From: Prevotella sp. CAG:279 | Lineage (GTDB): Bacteria; Actinomycetota; Coriobacteriia; Coriobacteriales; Eggerthellaceae | Assembly: GCA_963633085.1 (NCBI GenBank) | Contig: CAVGWX010000001.1 | Location: 425 to 64,424 of the forward strand | Length of the DNA stretch: 64,000 nt | Direction: 5' to 3' | In this document: piece by piece, positions 1 to 9,478 of the stretch | Numbering within the stretch: position 1 is the stretch's first letter | How the letters are laid out: each line of letters opens with the position of its first letter | Notes under the pieces: generated by a model | Database searches by the model: none | Told to the model about the DNA's origin: nothing | What the model saw: the letters and a program-made list of their open reading frames with translations, nothing else | Translations under genes and position numbers: made by a program

Positions 1-296
1 GCCAGAGCAGCAGCGGTGGCAGCGGCGTCCAGGTCGGCCAGAGCGTCGTCGGCAGCCATGTAGAGGTGCTCCATGCCGCGAGCCATGACGTCCTTCTTCA
101 GCTTGGAGTTGTCGATGTCCTTGCCGCCGACGGTGACGGCAACGGCCTCGTCGGCGAGCTGGGCACCGAGCTCCAGCGCGTTCTTGTCATACTCGGAAAT
201 GGTCAGCTTAGCCTTGGAGAAGTCCAGCGTGCGGTCACCCGCGACCTGGACGTCCTGGGCGTCGGGAACGGCCTTGAAAGCCACAGCGATCCTCAT
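1..296 (-). CDS. fixA: Electron transfer flavoprotein beta subunit (FixA/YdiQ-like); 5' part only, runs off the window
   Basis: Not in the ORF track. Manual translation from ATG at 296: MRIAVAFKAVPDAQDVQVAGDRTLDFSKAKLTISEYDKNALELG...DVMARG. AAAGGA RBS upstream. Confidence 0.85.
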   Translation of the reverse strand, partial: MRIAVAFKAVPDAQDVQVAGDRTLDFSKAKLTISEYDKNALELGAQLADEAVAVTVGGKDIDNSKLKKDVMARGMEHLYMAADDALADLDAAATAAAL

Positions 297-425
297 GGAA
301 TCCGTCCTTTCGTAAAGACAAACGGTAAGCTACATTCAGCTCGCACCTACGGCAAGCTAGATGCTAAGGGGTAACGATAGGGCGCCCTGCGCAGGCGCAA
401 GGTGCCCTATAACACATATGAAGCT

Positions 426-1580
426 TTATTCGGCGTACTTCTTGGCGACCTGGCGACCGGCGATGTAAGCCATGATCTCGTGGGTGCCGCCACCGAACAT
501 GTTGCCGCGCATGTCGGCCCACAGGCGACCGACGCGAACCTCGGTGGTGTAGCCAAGGCCGGCGTAGATCTGCAGGGCGGCGTCGGCGACCTCGAAGCAA
601 GCGGAGCAGCCATAGCGCTTGAGCATGGCGCTCTCGAGCTGCACGGACTGACCGTTGTCCATCATCCACAGGGTCTTGTACAGCATGTTGCGGGTGTTCT
701 GGACCTTGATCTCCATGTCGGTGAGGAGCTCCTGGATCATCTGGAGCTTGGAGATCGGCTTGCCGAAAGCGATGCGCTGGTTGGCGTACTTGGCGGCATC
801 TTCCAGGGCAGCCTGAGCCAGGCCGACCTGCTCGGCGACGATGTAAGCGCGCTCGACCTCGAAGTTCTTCATGAGCATCATGAAGCCCTTGCCCGGCTCG
901 CCCATGCGCTGGTCCTCGGTGAGGACGACGTCGTCAAGGTAGACCTCGCAGAACGGGATGCACTGCTGGCCGATCTTGTGCAGCGGAGCGGTGGTCACGC
1001 CGGGCGTGTCCATCTTGACCATCCACAGCGACATGTTGTTGTTGTCGTGGGAGGGATCCTCGTCCTTGGCGATGACGATGGTGTAGGGCAGAACGGCGCC
1101 CATGGTCACCCACGTCTTCTGGCCGGACAGCTTGTAGGTGCCGTCAGCCTGCTTCTTGGCAACGCAGGTCATGGAGCGGTTGTCGGAACCGGCGCCAGGC
1201 TCGGAGATGGACAGAGAGGCGATCGGCCAGCCGGTCTCCATGTAGTGCTCCATGGCTTCCTGCTTCTGGGCCTCGGTGCCGAACTCCATGATGTCGAACA
1301 TGGACAGGGAGTTCTGATACAGGATGTGCATGCAGCCGCTCTTGTGATAGAGGCGCTCGAGCATAAGGCCGATGGTCACGCGATCCATCGGGATTCCGCC
1401 GTACTCCTCGGGGATGCCCATCAGACCGAAGCCGGCATCGCGATACGCCTCGGCGATCTCCTGCGGCATGCCGTGATCCTCGTACATCTTCTTGACAACG
1501 TCCTCAGTGAAGTAACGCTCGCAGAACTCGTCCACGCTTTCGAGCAGCATCTGCTGCTCATCGGTCAAATTGAAGTCCAT
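426..1580 (-). CDS. Acyl-CoA dehydrogenase (CaiA/YdiO-like)
   Basis: MDFNLTDEQ start; SEPGAGSD, GQKTWVT, R-x-AFGKPI, GGGTHEIM motifs. Confidence 0.92.
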   Translation of the reverse strand: MDFNLTDEQQMLLESVDEFCERYFTEDVVKKMYEDHGMPQEIAEAYRDAGFGLMGIPEEYGGIPMDRVTIGLMLERLYHKSGCMHILYQNSLSMFDIMEFGTEAQKQEAMEHYMETGWPIASLSISEPGAGSDNRSMTCVAKKQADGTYKLSGQKTWVTMGAVLPYTIVIAKDEDPSHDNNNMSLWMVKMDTPGVTTAPLHKIGQQCIPFCEVYLDDVVLTEDQRMGEPGKGFMMLMKNFEVERAYIVAEQVGLAQAALEDAAKYANQRIAFGKPISKLQMIQELLTDMEIKVQNTRNMLYKTLWMMDNGQSVQLESAMLKRYGCSACFEVADAALQIYAGLGYTTEVRVGRLWADMRGNMFGGGTHEIMAYIAGRQVAKKYAE

Positions 1581-1975
1581 CTTCTCTCCTTGTGCTCGAA
1601 CTTGCTTACAGCTCTTGCTTCACGACAGCGCACAGCTGTCGCCTTCGTCGAGTATCATACGCGCCGGAAAACGAGGAATGACCGGTCAGATTCTTAAAAA
1701 TGTGTATATCTTTACCCAAAATGCCGTATATAGGTAAAAGCTATAAATGGGACCACGGTTCCATAGATTCCGAAAATAATTTAATCTACCTGGGCTTTTG
1801 CAAAGGCTCGCCCAGTAATCGACCGTTGACACCAGAAAATCGAGCATCCCGCTACATGCGGTCACTTGTTCATAACTGTCCATCTGACCTATACTGCATA
1901 CATCGCACACGAAAGCAGAGATTACCGCCATCAGGCATTTTCCGCCTGCATCGAATCGCAAAGGAGCGTGCACGT

Positions 1976-2629
1976 ATGGGTTCGACCGACACCATGGCGC
2001 TTTTGGGTAATTCGTTCATAGAGCTCGCCGAGCATTCCCCTATCGAGAAGATCTCGGTTTCGGACATCGTCGCCGCTTCGGGGAAGAACCGCAAAACCTT
2101 CTATTACCACTTCGAGGGCAAGGAAAACCTCATCCGCTGGATCTTCCGCAAAGATCTCTCCGATGCGCTTGCGGCGAGCGTGGATGCGGAGGAGCTGGTC
2201 TACGAGCACCAAGGCTTAGGCACCTACCCCACCTTACCTTATTATGTATGCAGAAAAGTCGGCGTGCGCAGCTTGGACGGATCGGCCTTCTGCGAGATCC
2301 TTGCCACGTGCCTCGTGAACCGTCGTTCCTTTTACAGCAAGGTGCTGAAATTCACCGGCCCCGACAGCCTGCAGGCCTATATGAGGCACCTTTATGTCCC
2401 GGCGCTCACAGCCGACATCCGCTTCATCCTGTCCAACCGCTACCTTTCCGATGCGAACGTCCGCTTCCTCGCGGAGTTCTACACCGGGGCCATCCTTACC
2501 TACATCATCGAGAAGGTGTGCGACCCGACGTGCACCGATATCCTCGGCGACGTGAAACCGTTCCAGAACATCGTTCACTCGTCGCTGGAAAGCGAGATCA
2601 AGAAGCAGCAGCTGCAACGGGTCCTGTGA
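1976..2629 (+). CDS. TetR/AcrR family transcriptional regulator
   Basis: HTH KISVSDIVAASGKNRKTFYYHF. AAGGAG RBS places the start at 1976, not 1700. Confidence 0.88.
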   Translation: MGSTDTMALLGNSFIELAEHSPIEKISVSDIVAASGKNRKTFYYHFEGKENLIRWIFRKDLSDALAASVDAEELVYEHQGLGTYPTLPYYVCRKVGVRSLDGSAFCEILATCLVNRRSFYSKVLKFTGPDSLQAYMRHLYVPALTADIRFILSNRYLSDANVRFLAEFYTGAILTYIIEKVCDPTCTDILGDVKPFQNIVHSSLESEIKKQQLQRVL

Positions 2630-2664
2630 ACGCGGGCTAAAACGCCGAAAATATACAGCCTATT

Positions 2665-2742
2665 CATAAATTCTGCCTATGGTTCGCGATGTTCGCAGAG
2701 CGTGGCGGTTATTGGACTGCGCAAGGCAGGTCGAACGAAAAT
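2665..2742 (+). promoter_or_regulatory. Putative LysR box plus promoter of the CoA ligase gene
   Basis: CATA-N9-TATG at 2665-2681; TTGGAC at 2712, 47 nt downstream of the box start; -10 weak (GAAAAT at 2737). Confidence 0.5.
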
Positions 2743-2799
2743 AGTATCCAGATACCTTACGTAAGCCGAGGGGTTGCGGCTGGCAAAAAGGAGCATCGG

Positions 2800-4443
2800 A
2801 TGATCACCGACCTGAAGATCAACGAGGAACAGAAGAAGCGCTACTACGAACGCGGCTGGTGGAGAAACGAAACCATCGCCGACGTGTGGGCGATGCAAGC
2901 GGAAAAGCACCCGGACAAGGTTTTCGTCACCGACGACCAGGGGACGGCGCTTACCTACCGAGACATCGACGAGATGTCGAACGCCGTGGCCGCATGGCTG
3001 CATTCGGTGGGCATACAATCCGGGGACGTCGTGACGTTCCAGCTTCCGACCTGGGCGGAGTTCTGCCCGGTTTTCATCGGCGTCGCGAAGATCGGCGCGG
3101 TGATGCACCCGGTGGCCCGCAATTACAGCGAGGCCGATCTCGCCTACATCATGAACAAGGTGGGCACGCGCGCCTTCATCTGCCCGACGTACCACCACAC
3201 GACCGACCATGAGCAGCAGGCGCTCCAGGTCGCGCGCGACGTGGAGACGCTCGACGAGACGCGCATCCTTTTCGTGCGCAAGTCCGGACCGGCGCCCAAG
3301 CATGAGGGGCCGACGCTTGAGGGCCTCGGGGTGGCGCAAAGCCTGCCGGCGGGCGCCTCGCGCGCCGGCGCCGACGACGTCGCGGTGATCCTGTCCACCT
3401 CCGGCACCACCGGAAAGCCGAAGCAGGCGCTGCTTACCCATAACAACATCCTGTTCAGCGAGCGCGCGTTCATCGGCGGGCTTGAGCTTGGCGAAGAAGA
3501 CGTCATGTTCATGCCAAGCCCCCTCAACCACGCGACGGGCTTCTTCCACGGCATCATCTCCCCCCTGCTTCTGGGCGCTTCCACGGTGCTGCAACAGGAT
3601 TTCAAGGCCGATCGCGCCATCGAGATCATCAACGAGCATGCCTGCACCTGGTCGATGGGGGCCACGCCGTTCATCTACGACATGCTCGGCTCGATGGAGC
3701 GCAACCGCACCTCGATACCGACGCTCAAGCTGTTCCTTTCCGGCGGCGCTCCCCTTCCCGGGTCTCTCGTCAGCTGCGCCAAGGCGCACGGGATCACGCT
3801 GTGCGAATGCTACGGGTCCACAGAAAGCTGCCCTCATATCTACGTCCCGCCGAAAAAATGCGCCGAATGGAACGGCGCCTGGTCCGGAACCACCCTTGAG
3901 GGGATCGAGATCCGCATCGTGGACGAGAAGCGCCAGCCGGTGGCTGCGGGCGTGCAGGGCGAGGAAGCCAGCCGCGGCCCGAACGTCTTCGTCGGCTACC
4001 TCAACGACCCCGAGCAAACAGACGCGGTGCTCGACGACGATGGCTGGTTCTACAGCGGGGACTTGGCCACCATCGACGAGGAGGGTCGCGTCCGCATCAA
4101 CGGGCGCAAGAAGGAGATCGTCGTGCGCGGCGGGGAGAACATCTCCACGCGCGAGGTCGATGAGGCCGCAAGCGCCTGGGACGGCATCGTCGATCAGGCG
4201 ACCATCGGGGCGCCCGATGACAGGATGGGCGAGCGCATCTGCCTGTTCGCCGTCGCCAACCCCGACAGCAGCGAGATGCCGAAGCTCGAGGATCTGCTAG
4301 ACTTCCTGAAGGCGCAGGGCGTGTCGAAGAGGCTGTGGCCGGAGCGGCTCGAGCTTGTCGACGAGATACCCCGCACCGCGACGGGAAAGGTGCAGCGCTT
4401 CAAGCTCGCAGAGGAGCTGAAACGCCGCATGCAGGCGCAATAA
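2800..4443 (+). CDS. fadK: Medium-chain/alicyclic acyl-CoA ligase (FadK/YdiD, AliA-like)
   Basis: AMP-binding STSGTTGKPK, YGSTE, SGDL, GRKKE, RTATGKVQR; AAGGAG RBS before 2800. Confidence 0.85.
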   Translation: MITDLKINEEQKKRYYERGWWRNETIADVWAMQAEKHPDKVFVTDDQGTALTYRDIDEMSNAVAAWLHSVGIQSGDVVTFQLPTWAEFCPVFIGVAKIGAVMHPVARNYSEADLAYIMNKVGTRAFICPTYHHTTDHEQQALQVARDVETLDETRILFVRKSGPAPKHEGPTLEGLGVAQSLPAGASRAGADDVAVILSTSGTTGKPKQALLTHNNILFSERAFIGGLELGEEDVMFMPSPLNHATGFFHGIISPLLLGASTVLQQDFKADRAIEIINEHACTWSMGATPFIYDMLGSMERNRTSIPTLKLFLSGGAPLPGSLVSCAKAHGITLCECYGSTESCPHIYVPPKKCAEWNGAWSGTTLEGIEIRIVDEKRQPVAAGVQGEEASRGPNVFVGYLNDPEQTDAVLDDDGWFYSGDLATIDEEGRVRINGRKKEIVVRGGENISTREVDEAASAWDGIVDQATIGAPDDRMGERICLFAVANPDSSEMPKLEDLLDFLKAQGVSKRLWPERLELVDEIPRTATGKVQRFKLAEELKRRMQAQ

Positions 4444-4506
4444 GATGGGGTTAACGGGCTGCAGCGAAGCGTTGCAGCCCGTTTTGCACAAGACGAGGAG
4501 GACATC

Positions 4507-5130
4507 ATGGCCAAGGGAGCCAAGGAATTCAGCATCACGAGAACGCGCTCGTCGTTCAAACCGCGCGTCAACGAGGAGGATATCCCCTTTTTCGACGACG
4601 GCTTCGGCAACGTGCTCGTCGGCGTGCAGGGCGCGCGCGGCGTGGAGCTCACCGACAACCCCCCTATCGAGGTGCGGCATATGCCGTATGCGCACCTCAA
4701 CGAGCGAACGGCAGATGGCGCTTGCGCGCCGGCGAAGCTGGCAAGCGAGGCCGACCTGCCCGAAGGCTGCGAGCTCGATTACCAGATCAACGGCGGATTC
4801 AACAACAACTGCATCATAGTCACCTGGGACGACACGGCCGAGCACAGGCTTGAATGGGTGATGATGAAAACCTTCACCGGTTCCCAGATGAAATATGCGC
4901 TGCCCAAGAAGCGCAACCGCATGGTATTCGCGCTCGCCGACGAGGACGCCTTCGTGTACTGCAACAAGGAGCCATGCGTCGAATGCGGCTTCCGCTGCAA
5001 AAACGGCTTCGTCCTCTACGCGGGATTCAAGGATTTCGGCATCGTCCGCAAGCCGGTCGAGCGCATCAGCATGCTCGGGATCATCGGCGACGGAGGCCTG
5101 GAGGCGGGTACCACCGACCACCGTTCGTAA
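4507..5130 (+). CDS. Hypothetical protein with C-x4-C-x2-C-x3-C motif
   Basis: GAGGAGG RBS, coding-like codon usage, YCNKEPCVECGFRCK. Confidence 0.75.
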   Translation: MAKGAKEFSITRTRSSFKPRVNEEDIPFFDDGFGNVLVGVQGARGVELTDNPPIEVRHMPYAHLNERTADGACAPAKLASEADLPEGCELDYQINGGFNNNCIIVTWDDTAEHRLEWVMMKTFTGSQMKYALPKKRNRMVFALADEDAFVYCNKEPCVECGFRCKNGFVLYAGFKDFGIVRKPVERISMLGIIGDGGLEAGTTDHRS

Positions 5131-5188
5131 AGGAAAAGACACCGTTCGGCAATTGCTTGTTAACCAAAGCGTTACCAACAAAATTTCG

Positions 5189-5233
5189 CGGATCGGCCCC
5201 GAATCGCATGGCGAATTCGGGGCCGATCCGTTT
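5189..5233 (+). terminator. Long hairpin after the ligase-hypothetical pair
   Basis: 16-bp perfect stem CGGATCGGCCCCGAAT/ATTCGGGGCCGATCCG followed by TTT. Confidence 0.55.
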
Positions 5234-5300
5234 CGTACGTGCATGTTGAAAACAAGGTTTCCCCAGTTCATTTGGGTAGTATTTGCACAACGAAGGTTTC

Positions 5301-5377
5301 CATAAAAAACAGCAATGGATTGCCGGAAAAACGCGGGGTCGCGTCTATTGGCGCTTGCGAACGATTGTGAATAGTAT
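5301..5377 (+). promoter_or_regulatory. Putative LysR box plus promoter of the MFS gene
   Basis: CATA-N9-AATG at 5301; TTGGCG(5348)-N18-TAGTAT(5372). Confidence 0.55.
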
Positions 5378-5485
5378 GTGAAGCGGTTGAGCATGCATCG
5401 GCTTTGGAAAGGGTCAAAGTCAATGCATGGTTGATTGACCAAGGGTTTGGGCTCGAAACTGTTTCATCGTAAGGAGGAGGAAAGA

Positions 5486-6796
5486 GTGAGTGCAGCAGCT
5501 CAAGTAGCGAAGAAGTACATGTTCGCAATCGCGACCGTTTACATGTGCTATCTGACGCACGGTGTTCAGGCAATCATCCTGAGCCAGAACAAGGTTAATT
5601 TCTATACGCAGTGGGGTTACACGGATGCAGCAGCCGGCGCGGCCGCCGTTTCCATGGCAATTACCCTGACCGGCGTTGGCAAGTTTGTCAGCGTGTGGAT
5701 CGGCGGCGAGGTTTCCGACCGTATCGGCCGTAAGCTCCCCACCGTCCTCGGTTCCATCCTGTACGCGATCTGCTTCATCCTGTTGCTGGTCACGGACAAC
5801 TTCTATGTGGCTTGCTTCGCCGGCTTCCTGTCCGGTGTTGCGACCTCCGGCTTCTGGGACGGCGCTCTGTATCCGGCAATCGCCGAAGCCAACCCGAAGT
5901 ACGCTGGTTCCACGACCATCGGCATCAAGGCCGTCATCTCCATCTCCGGCATCATCTACCCGCTGTTCGCTGCCATGAACTCCGGTGATAGCTGGCACAT
6001 CAACATCTGGATCCCGATCGTCCTGTCGCTGATCTGCGTCGTGCTGTCCGCCATCACGCCGTTCGTGTACGACGACAAGCGCAAGGAATCTGCTGGTGGC
6101 GACGACAAGTCCGGCGCCAAGAACGAGGCTGAGGCCGAGATCCAGGCTGCCAAGGACGCCATGCTGCAGAAGCCTTCCGGCATGACCAACTTCGTGACGC
6201 TGTTCTTCGGCTTCGTCATCATGTTCATCATGTACGGCGCTCAGCAGTACACCAAGGCCTTCGGCCAGAACAACCTCGGCCTCGACTCCGTCGCCGCCGC
6301 TGGCCTGACCTCCATCTACACCGCCGGCTCCATCATCGCCGTTCTGTTCTGGGCTGTCATGATGGGCAAGCTGCGCTGGACGCCCATCAAGGTCATCCTG
6401 ATCGACGGCATCCTCGCTTCGCTGGCTCTCGCCGTCGTCATCATCGCCCTGCCGCTGAACCTCGGCGCTGGCGCGGTTTACTTCGGCATCGCGGTCCTCG
6501 GCTTCTCCGCCGCCGGCGGCATGCTGCAGACCGGCGTCACCCTGCGTCAGCAGATGTGCCCCGGCCCGCGCGGTCGTAACGTTGGTATGTACTACACGTT
6601 CATGGGCTTCGCCTCCGTGTTCCTGCCCGGCATCGTCGGCGCTATGACCGGCGCCGTCGGTGAGACCCAGGCTGTGTGGATCATGATGATCCTGCTGCTC
6701 GCCGCTTCCCTGCTCTCCGTGCTGATGAGCGCCTATGTGTGCGCCCAGTACAAGAAGCAGTTCGGCTACAGCGCCATGGAGCCCCAGAGGGACTAA
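5486..6796 (+). CDS. MFS transporter (YdiM/YdiN-like)
   Basis: About 12 hydrophobic segments; motif A GEVSDRIGRK; GTG start after AAGGAGGAGG. Confidence 0.9.
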   Translation: MSAAAQVAKKYMFAIATVYMCYLTHGVQAIILSQNKVNFYTQWGYTDAAAGAAAVSMAITLTGVGKFVSVWIGGEVSDRIGRKLPTVLGSILYAICFILLLVTDNFYVACFAGFLSGVATSGFWDGALYPAIAEANPKYAGSTTIGIKAVISISGIIYPLFAAMNSGDSWHINIWIPIVLSLICVVLSAITPFVYDDKRKESAGGDDKSGAKNEAEAEIQAAKDAMLQKPSGMTNFVTLFFGFVIMFIMYGAQQYTKAFGQNNLGLDSVAAAGLTSIYTAGSIIAVLFWAVMMGKLRWTPIKVILIDGILASLALAVVIIALPLNLGAGAVYFGIAVLGFSAAGGMLQTGVTLRQQMCPGPRGRNVGMYYTFMGFASVFLPGIVGAMTGAVGETQAVWIMMILLLAASLLSVLMSAYVCAQYKKQFGYSAMEPQRD

Positions 6797-6841
6797 CACG
6801 CACATGCTCACGTAGCCCAATTCATAAACCCTTTGCTCAAC

Positions 6842-6868
6842 GAAGGCCCCCGGATTCCGGGGGCCTTC
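6842..6868 (+). terminator. Hairpin terminator after the MFS gene
   Basis: GAAGGCCCCCGGA-T-TCCGGGGGCCTTC. Confidence 0.6.
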
Positions 6869-7072
6869 CTCGTATGTTCGCAAACGATTCCCGCATATCG
6901 GGATCGTTTTATGCACAGCAATGATGACTCAAAGCTAAACGTTGCGGATATCGCTCAATAAAACTTGAGCTCACCCCCCCCGAGATGAGGATCGTAGGCT
7001 AAAATTAACAGCTGTGCGTCAGCTCCACGCAGACGGACCGAATTCTCGCAAGCAAACCGTCGGGAGATTCTT

Positions 7073-9478
7073 ATGCCTTCCAGCTCATCTATCGCAGACA
7101 ACAGCACCCTCGCAAGCAAGCTCGCATTGCTCGAAGGCATCCTCGACGACTCGAACCAGCTGGTGCAAATGTCGTACCTCGACGACATGACGATGGTGTA
7201 TGTCAACGGGACCGCGCGGGCCTTCCGCGGCGGTTGCGAGGATTACCACGGACGCCACTGCTACGAATACATGATGGGCTTCGACGAGCAATGCCCTTTC
7301 TGCCCTCTTTTGACGCAGGGGTCAAAGCGCAGCGCCTGCACCGACGTGGACAACGGGCAGCAGGTGTTCTCGGTGAAGACGACGCTGACCGAATGGGAAG
7401 GACGCGCGGCCTTCGTCGAATACGCAACGGACGTGACCCCGAATCGGCGAGCGCAGCAGGGATTCGAGACGCAGATGAGCACGCTTCTGCAATCAATCCC
7501 GGAAGCGCAGGGCATCATGCACCTCGACCTCACGCAAGATAAATGCATCACGGTAAGCGGGTCGGCCAAGAACAACTTGAAAAGCGTCCAGTCCGACGTG
7601 GCGGTCGACACGACGCTAGCGCAGACGTTCGCGTTCATCCCCGACGAAGCGATGCGCCAGGAAATGACGGGGATCTACAACCGCAAAGCCTTGATCTCGG
7701 CATACGAGAACGGCACGGTAGAGATCAGCCGCGAGGTGAAATCGTATTTCGACGACATGAGCGTCCGCTGGGCCCGCATCACGGCGCGCATCCTGCAAAA
7801 CCCCTCGAACGACCACCTCGAATGCATCCTGTACGGCATGGACATATCGGAAGAGGTGAACCAGCGAGACGCCTACGAAAAGCAAAGCCATCATCAGCTT
7901 GCGCTCTTCAACACGCTGGCCAGGGACTACCTCAACGTGTACCTCGTCGACCCGGACGCCGACAAGGTGAAGGTGCTCAAACTCCAAGGGTTCATGACGT
8001 CGACCTTATGCGGCGAAGGCGACGTCGAATACCCCTACCAAGCGACGTGCGAACGCTACATCGCCGAGCGAGTGCATCCGGACGATAAAGACATGATGCG
8101 CCGCGCATTGAGCATCGAGGCCGTCAAGCAGGCGCTTTCGATGCAGGAAGAATACGTGAGCTCCTATCGCATTCTCGATAACGGGAAGACGCATTTCTAC
8201 CAGTTCAAATATGTCGTCGCCGAAAACAACGAGGGGATCCTCGCCGGATTCATGAACGTCGACAACACGATCGCCGCCGAAAGGGAACAGCAGGAGCTCC
8301 TGAAAACCGCGCTTTTGTCGGCCGAAGAGGCGAACGCGGCAAAGTCGACGTTCCTCTCCAACATGTCCCATGACATCCGCACGCCCCTCAACGCCATCAT
8401 CGGCTTCAACGAGCTCGCGAAAAAGCATGCGGACGACCCCGAGGCAACCCGCCGGTATCTGGAAAAGGTGACCATCTCCAGCAACCATCTGCTCAATTTG
8501 ATCAACGACGTGCTTGACATGAGCCGTATCGAAAGCGGGCAGGCGCACGTCGACAAAGCGTGCATACACCTGCCCTCGATGTTCAATGAGCTGCACACCA
8601 TCATCGCCGCAAACGCCAACGCCAGCGACATCACGCTCGTGTTCGACACCTCGAACATCCAGCACACGCACGTGATCGGCGATGAGCTGAAGATCAAGAA
8701 GATCCTCATGAACATCCTCGGCAACGCGGTGAAATTCACCGAGGCGAACGGCACGGTCACCTTCATCGCCGAGGAGCGCAAGCTTCGCACATCTCGCTAC
8801 GCCCACTTCCTCTTCCGCATCAAGGACACCGGGATCGGCATGAGCAGCGAATTTCAAAAGCACGTCTACGAGGCGTTTTCCCGCGAGAACCACGAAAGCC
8901 GCGACTCGACGAGCGGCACCGGGCTGGGCCTGAGCATCGTGAAAAGCCTCGTGAACATCCTCGATGGATCGATCCATCTGGAAAGCGAGCGCGGGGCGGG
9001 AAGCGAGTTCACCGTGTCGCTGCACCTCGAGATCGCCAACGCCGAGCAAGGGGACGTCAAAAAGGCGCCGAGCAAACAAGCGAAGGCCCAAGGCTTCACG
9101 AGCAAGCGGGTGCTTTTGGTCGAGGACAACGAGTTCAATCGCGAGATAGCCTTCGAGATGCTCACCGAAGCGGGCCTTGAGGTGGACACCGCCGAAGACG
9201 GGCGCATCGCCGTGCACAAGATCGTGCAGGCGGTGGGCGGGACCTACGATGCCGTGCTGATGGATATCCAGATGCCGAACATGAACGGTTACGAAGCGAC
9301 GCGCGCCATCCGCAACCTTCCCGACCCCACCCGCGCGAACGTGCCCATCATCGCGGTGACCGCCAATGCGTTTTCCAGCGACCGCGATGAGGCGCTTGCG
9401 GCCGGGATGGACGGGCATATCGCCAAGCCCATCGACGCCAAGCTGCTCATCAACAAGCTGCACGAGCTTGCGGGCTAA
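7073..9478 (+). CDS. Cytoplasmic hybrid sensor histidine kinase/response regulator with PAS-like input domains
   Basis: H-box SHDIRTPLN, N-box GNAVKF, DTGIGM, GTGLGL; receiver LLVEDN...LMDIQMP...AKP; no TM segment seen. Confidence 0.93.
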   Translation: MPSSSSIADNSTLASKLALLEGILDDSNQLVQMSYLDDMTMVYVNGTARAFRGGCEDYHGRHCYEYMMGFDEQCPFCPLLTQGSKRSACTDVDNGQQVFSVKTTLTEWEGRAAFVEYATDVTPNRRAQQGFETQMSTLLQSIPEAQGIMHLDLTQDKCITVSGSAKNNLKSVQSDVAVDTTLAQTFAFIPDEAMRQEMTGIYNRKALISAYENGTVEISREVKSYFDDMSVRWARITARILQNPSNDHLECILYGMDISEEVNQRDAYEKQSHHQLALFNTLARDYLNVYLVDPDADKVKVLKLQGFMTSTLCGEGDVEYPYQATCERYIAERVHPDDKDMMRRALSIEAVKQALSMQEEYVSSYRILDNGKTHFYQFKYVVAENNEGILAGFMNVDNTIAAEREQQELLKTALLSAEEANAAKSTFLSNMSHDIRTPLNAIIGFNELAKKHADDPEATRRYLEKVTISSNHLLNLINDVLDMSRIESGQAHVDKACIHLPSMFNELHTIIAANANASDITLVFDTSNIQHTHVIGDELKIKKILMNILGNAVKFTEANGTVTFIAEERKLRTSRYAHFLFRIKDTGIGMSSEFQKHVYEAFSRENHESRDSTSGTGLGLSIVKSLVNILDGSIHLESERGAGSEFTVSLHLEIANAEQGDVKKAPSKQAKAQGFTSKRVLLVEDNEFNREIAFEMLTEAGLEVDTAEDGRIAVHKIVQAVGGTYDAVLMDIQMPNMNGYEATRAIRNLPDPTRANVPIIAVTANAFSSDRDEALAAGMDGHIAKPIDAKLLINKLHELAG

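Noticed and set aside
1700..1975. Long N-terminal extensions in the ORF track (TetR, fadK, MFS, third dehydrogenase, ilvC, selA, HTH protein)
   Set aside because: Domain starts, and in most cases a good RBS, lie downstream; the extensions run through promoter DNA.
6974..6981. C8 tract upstream of the hybrid kinase as a phase-variation switch
   Set aside because: Short for a high-GC genome and not demonstrably within a promoter spacer or ORF.
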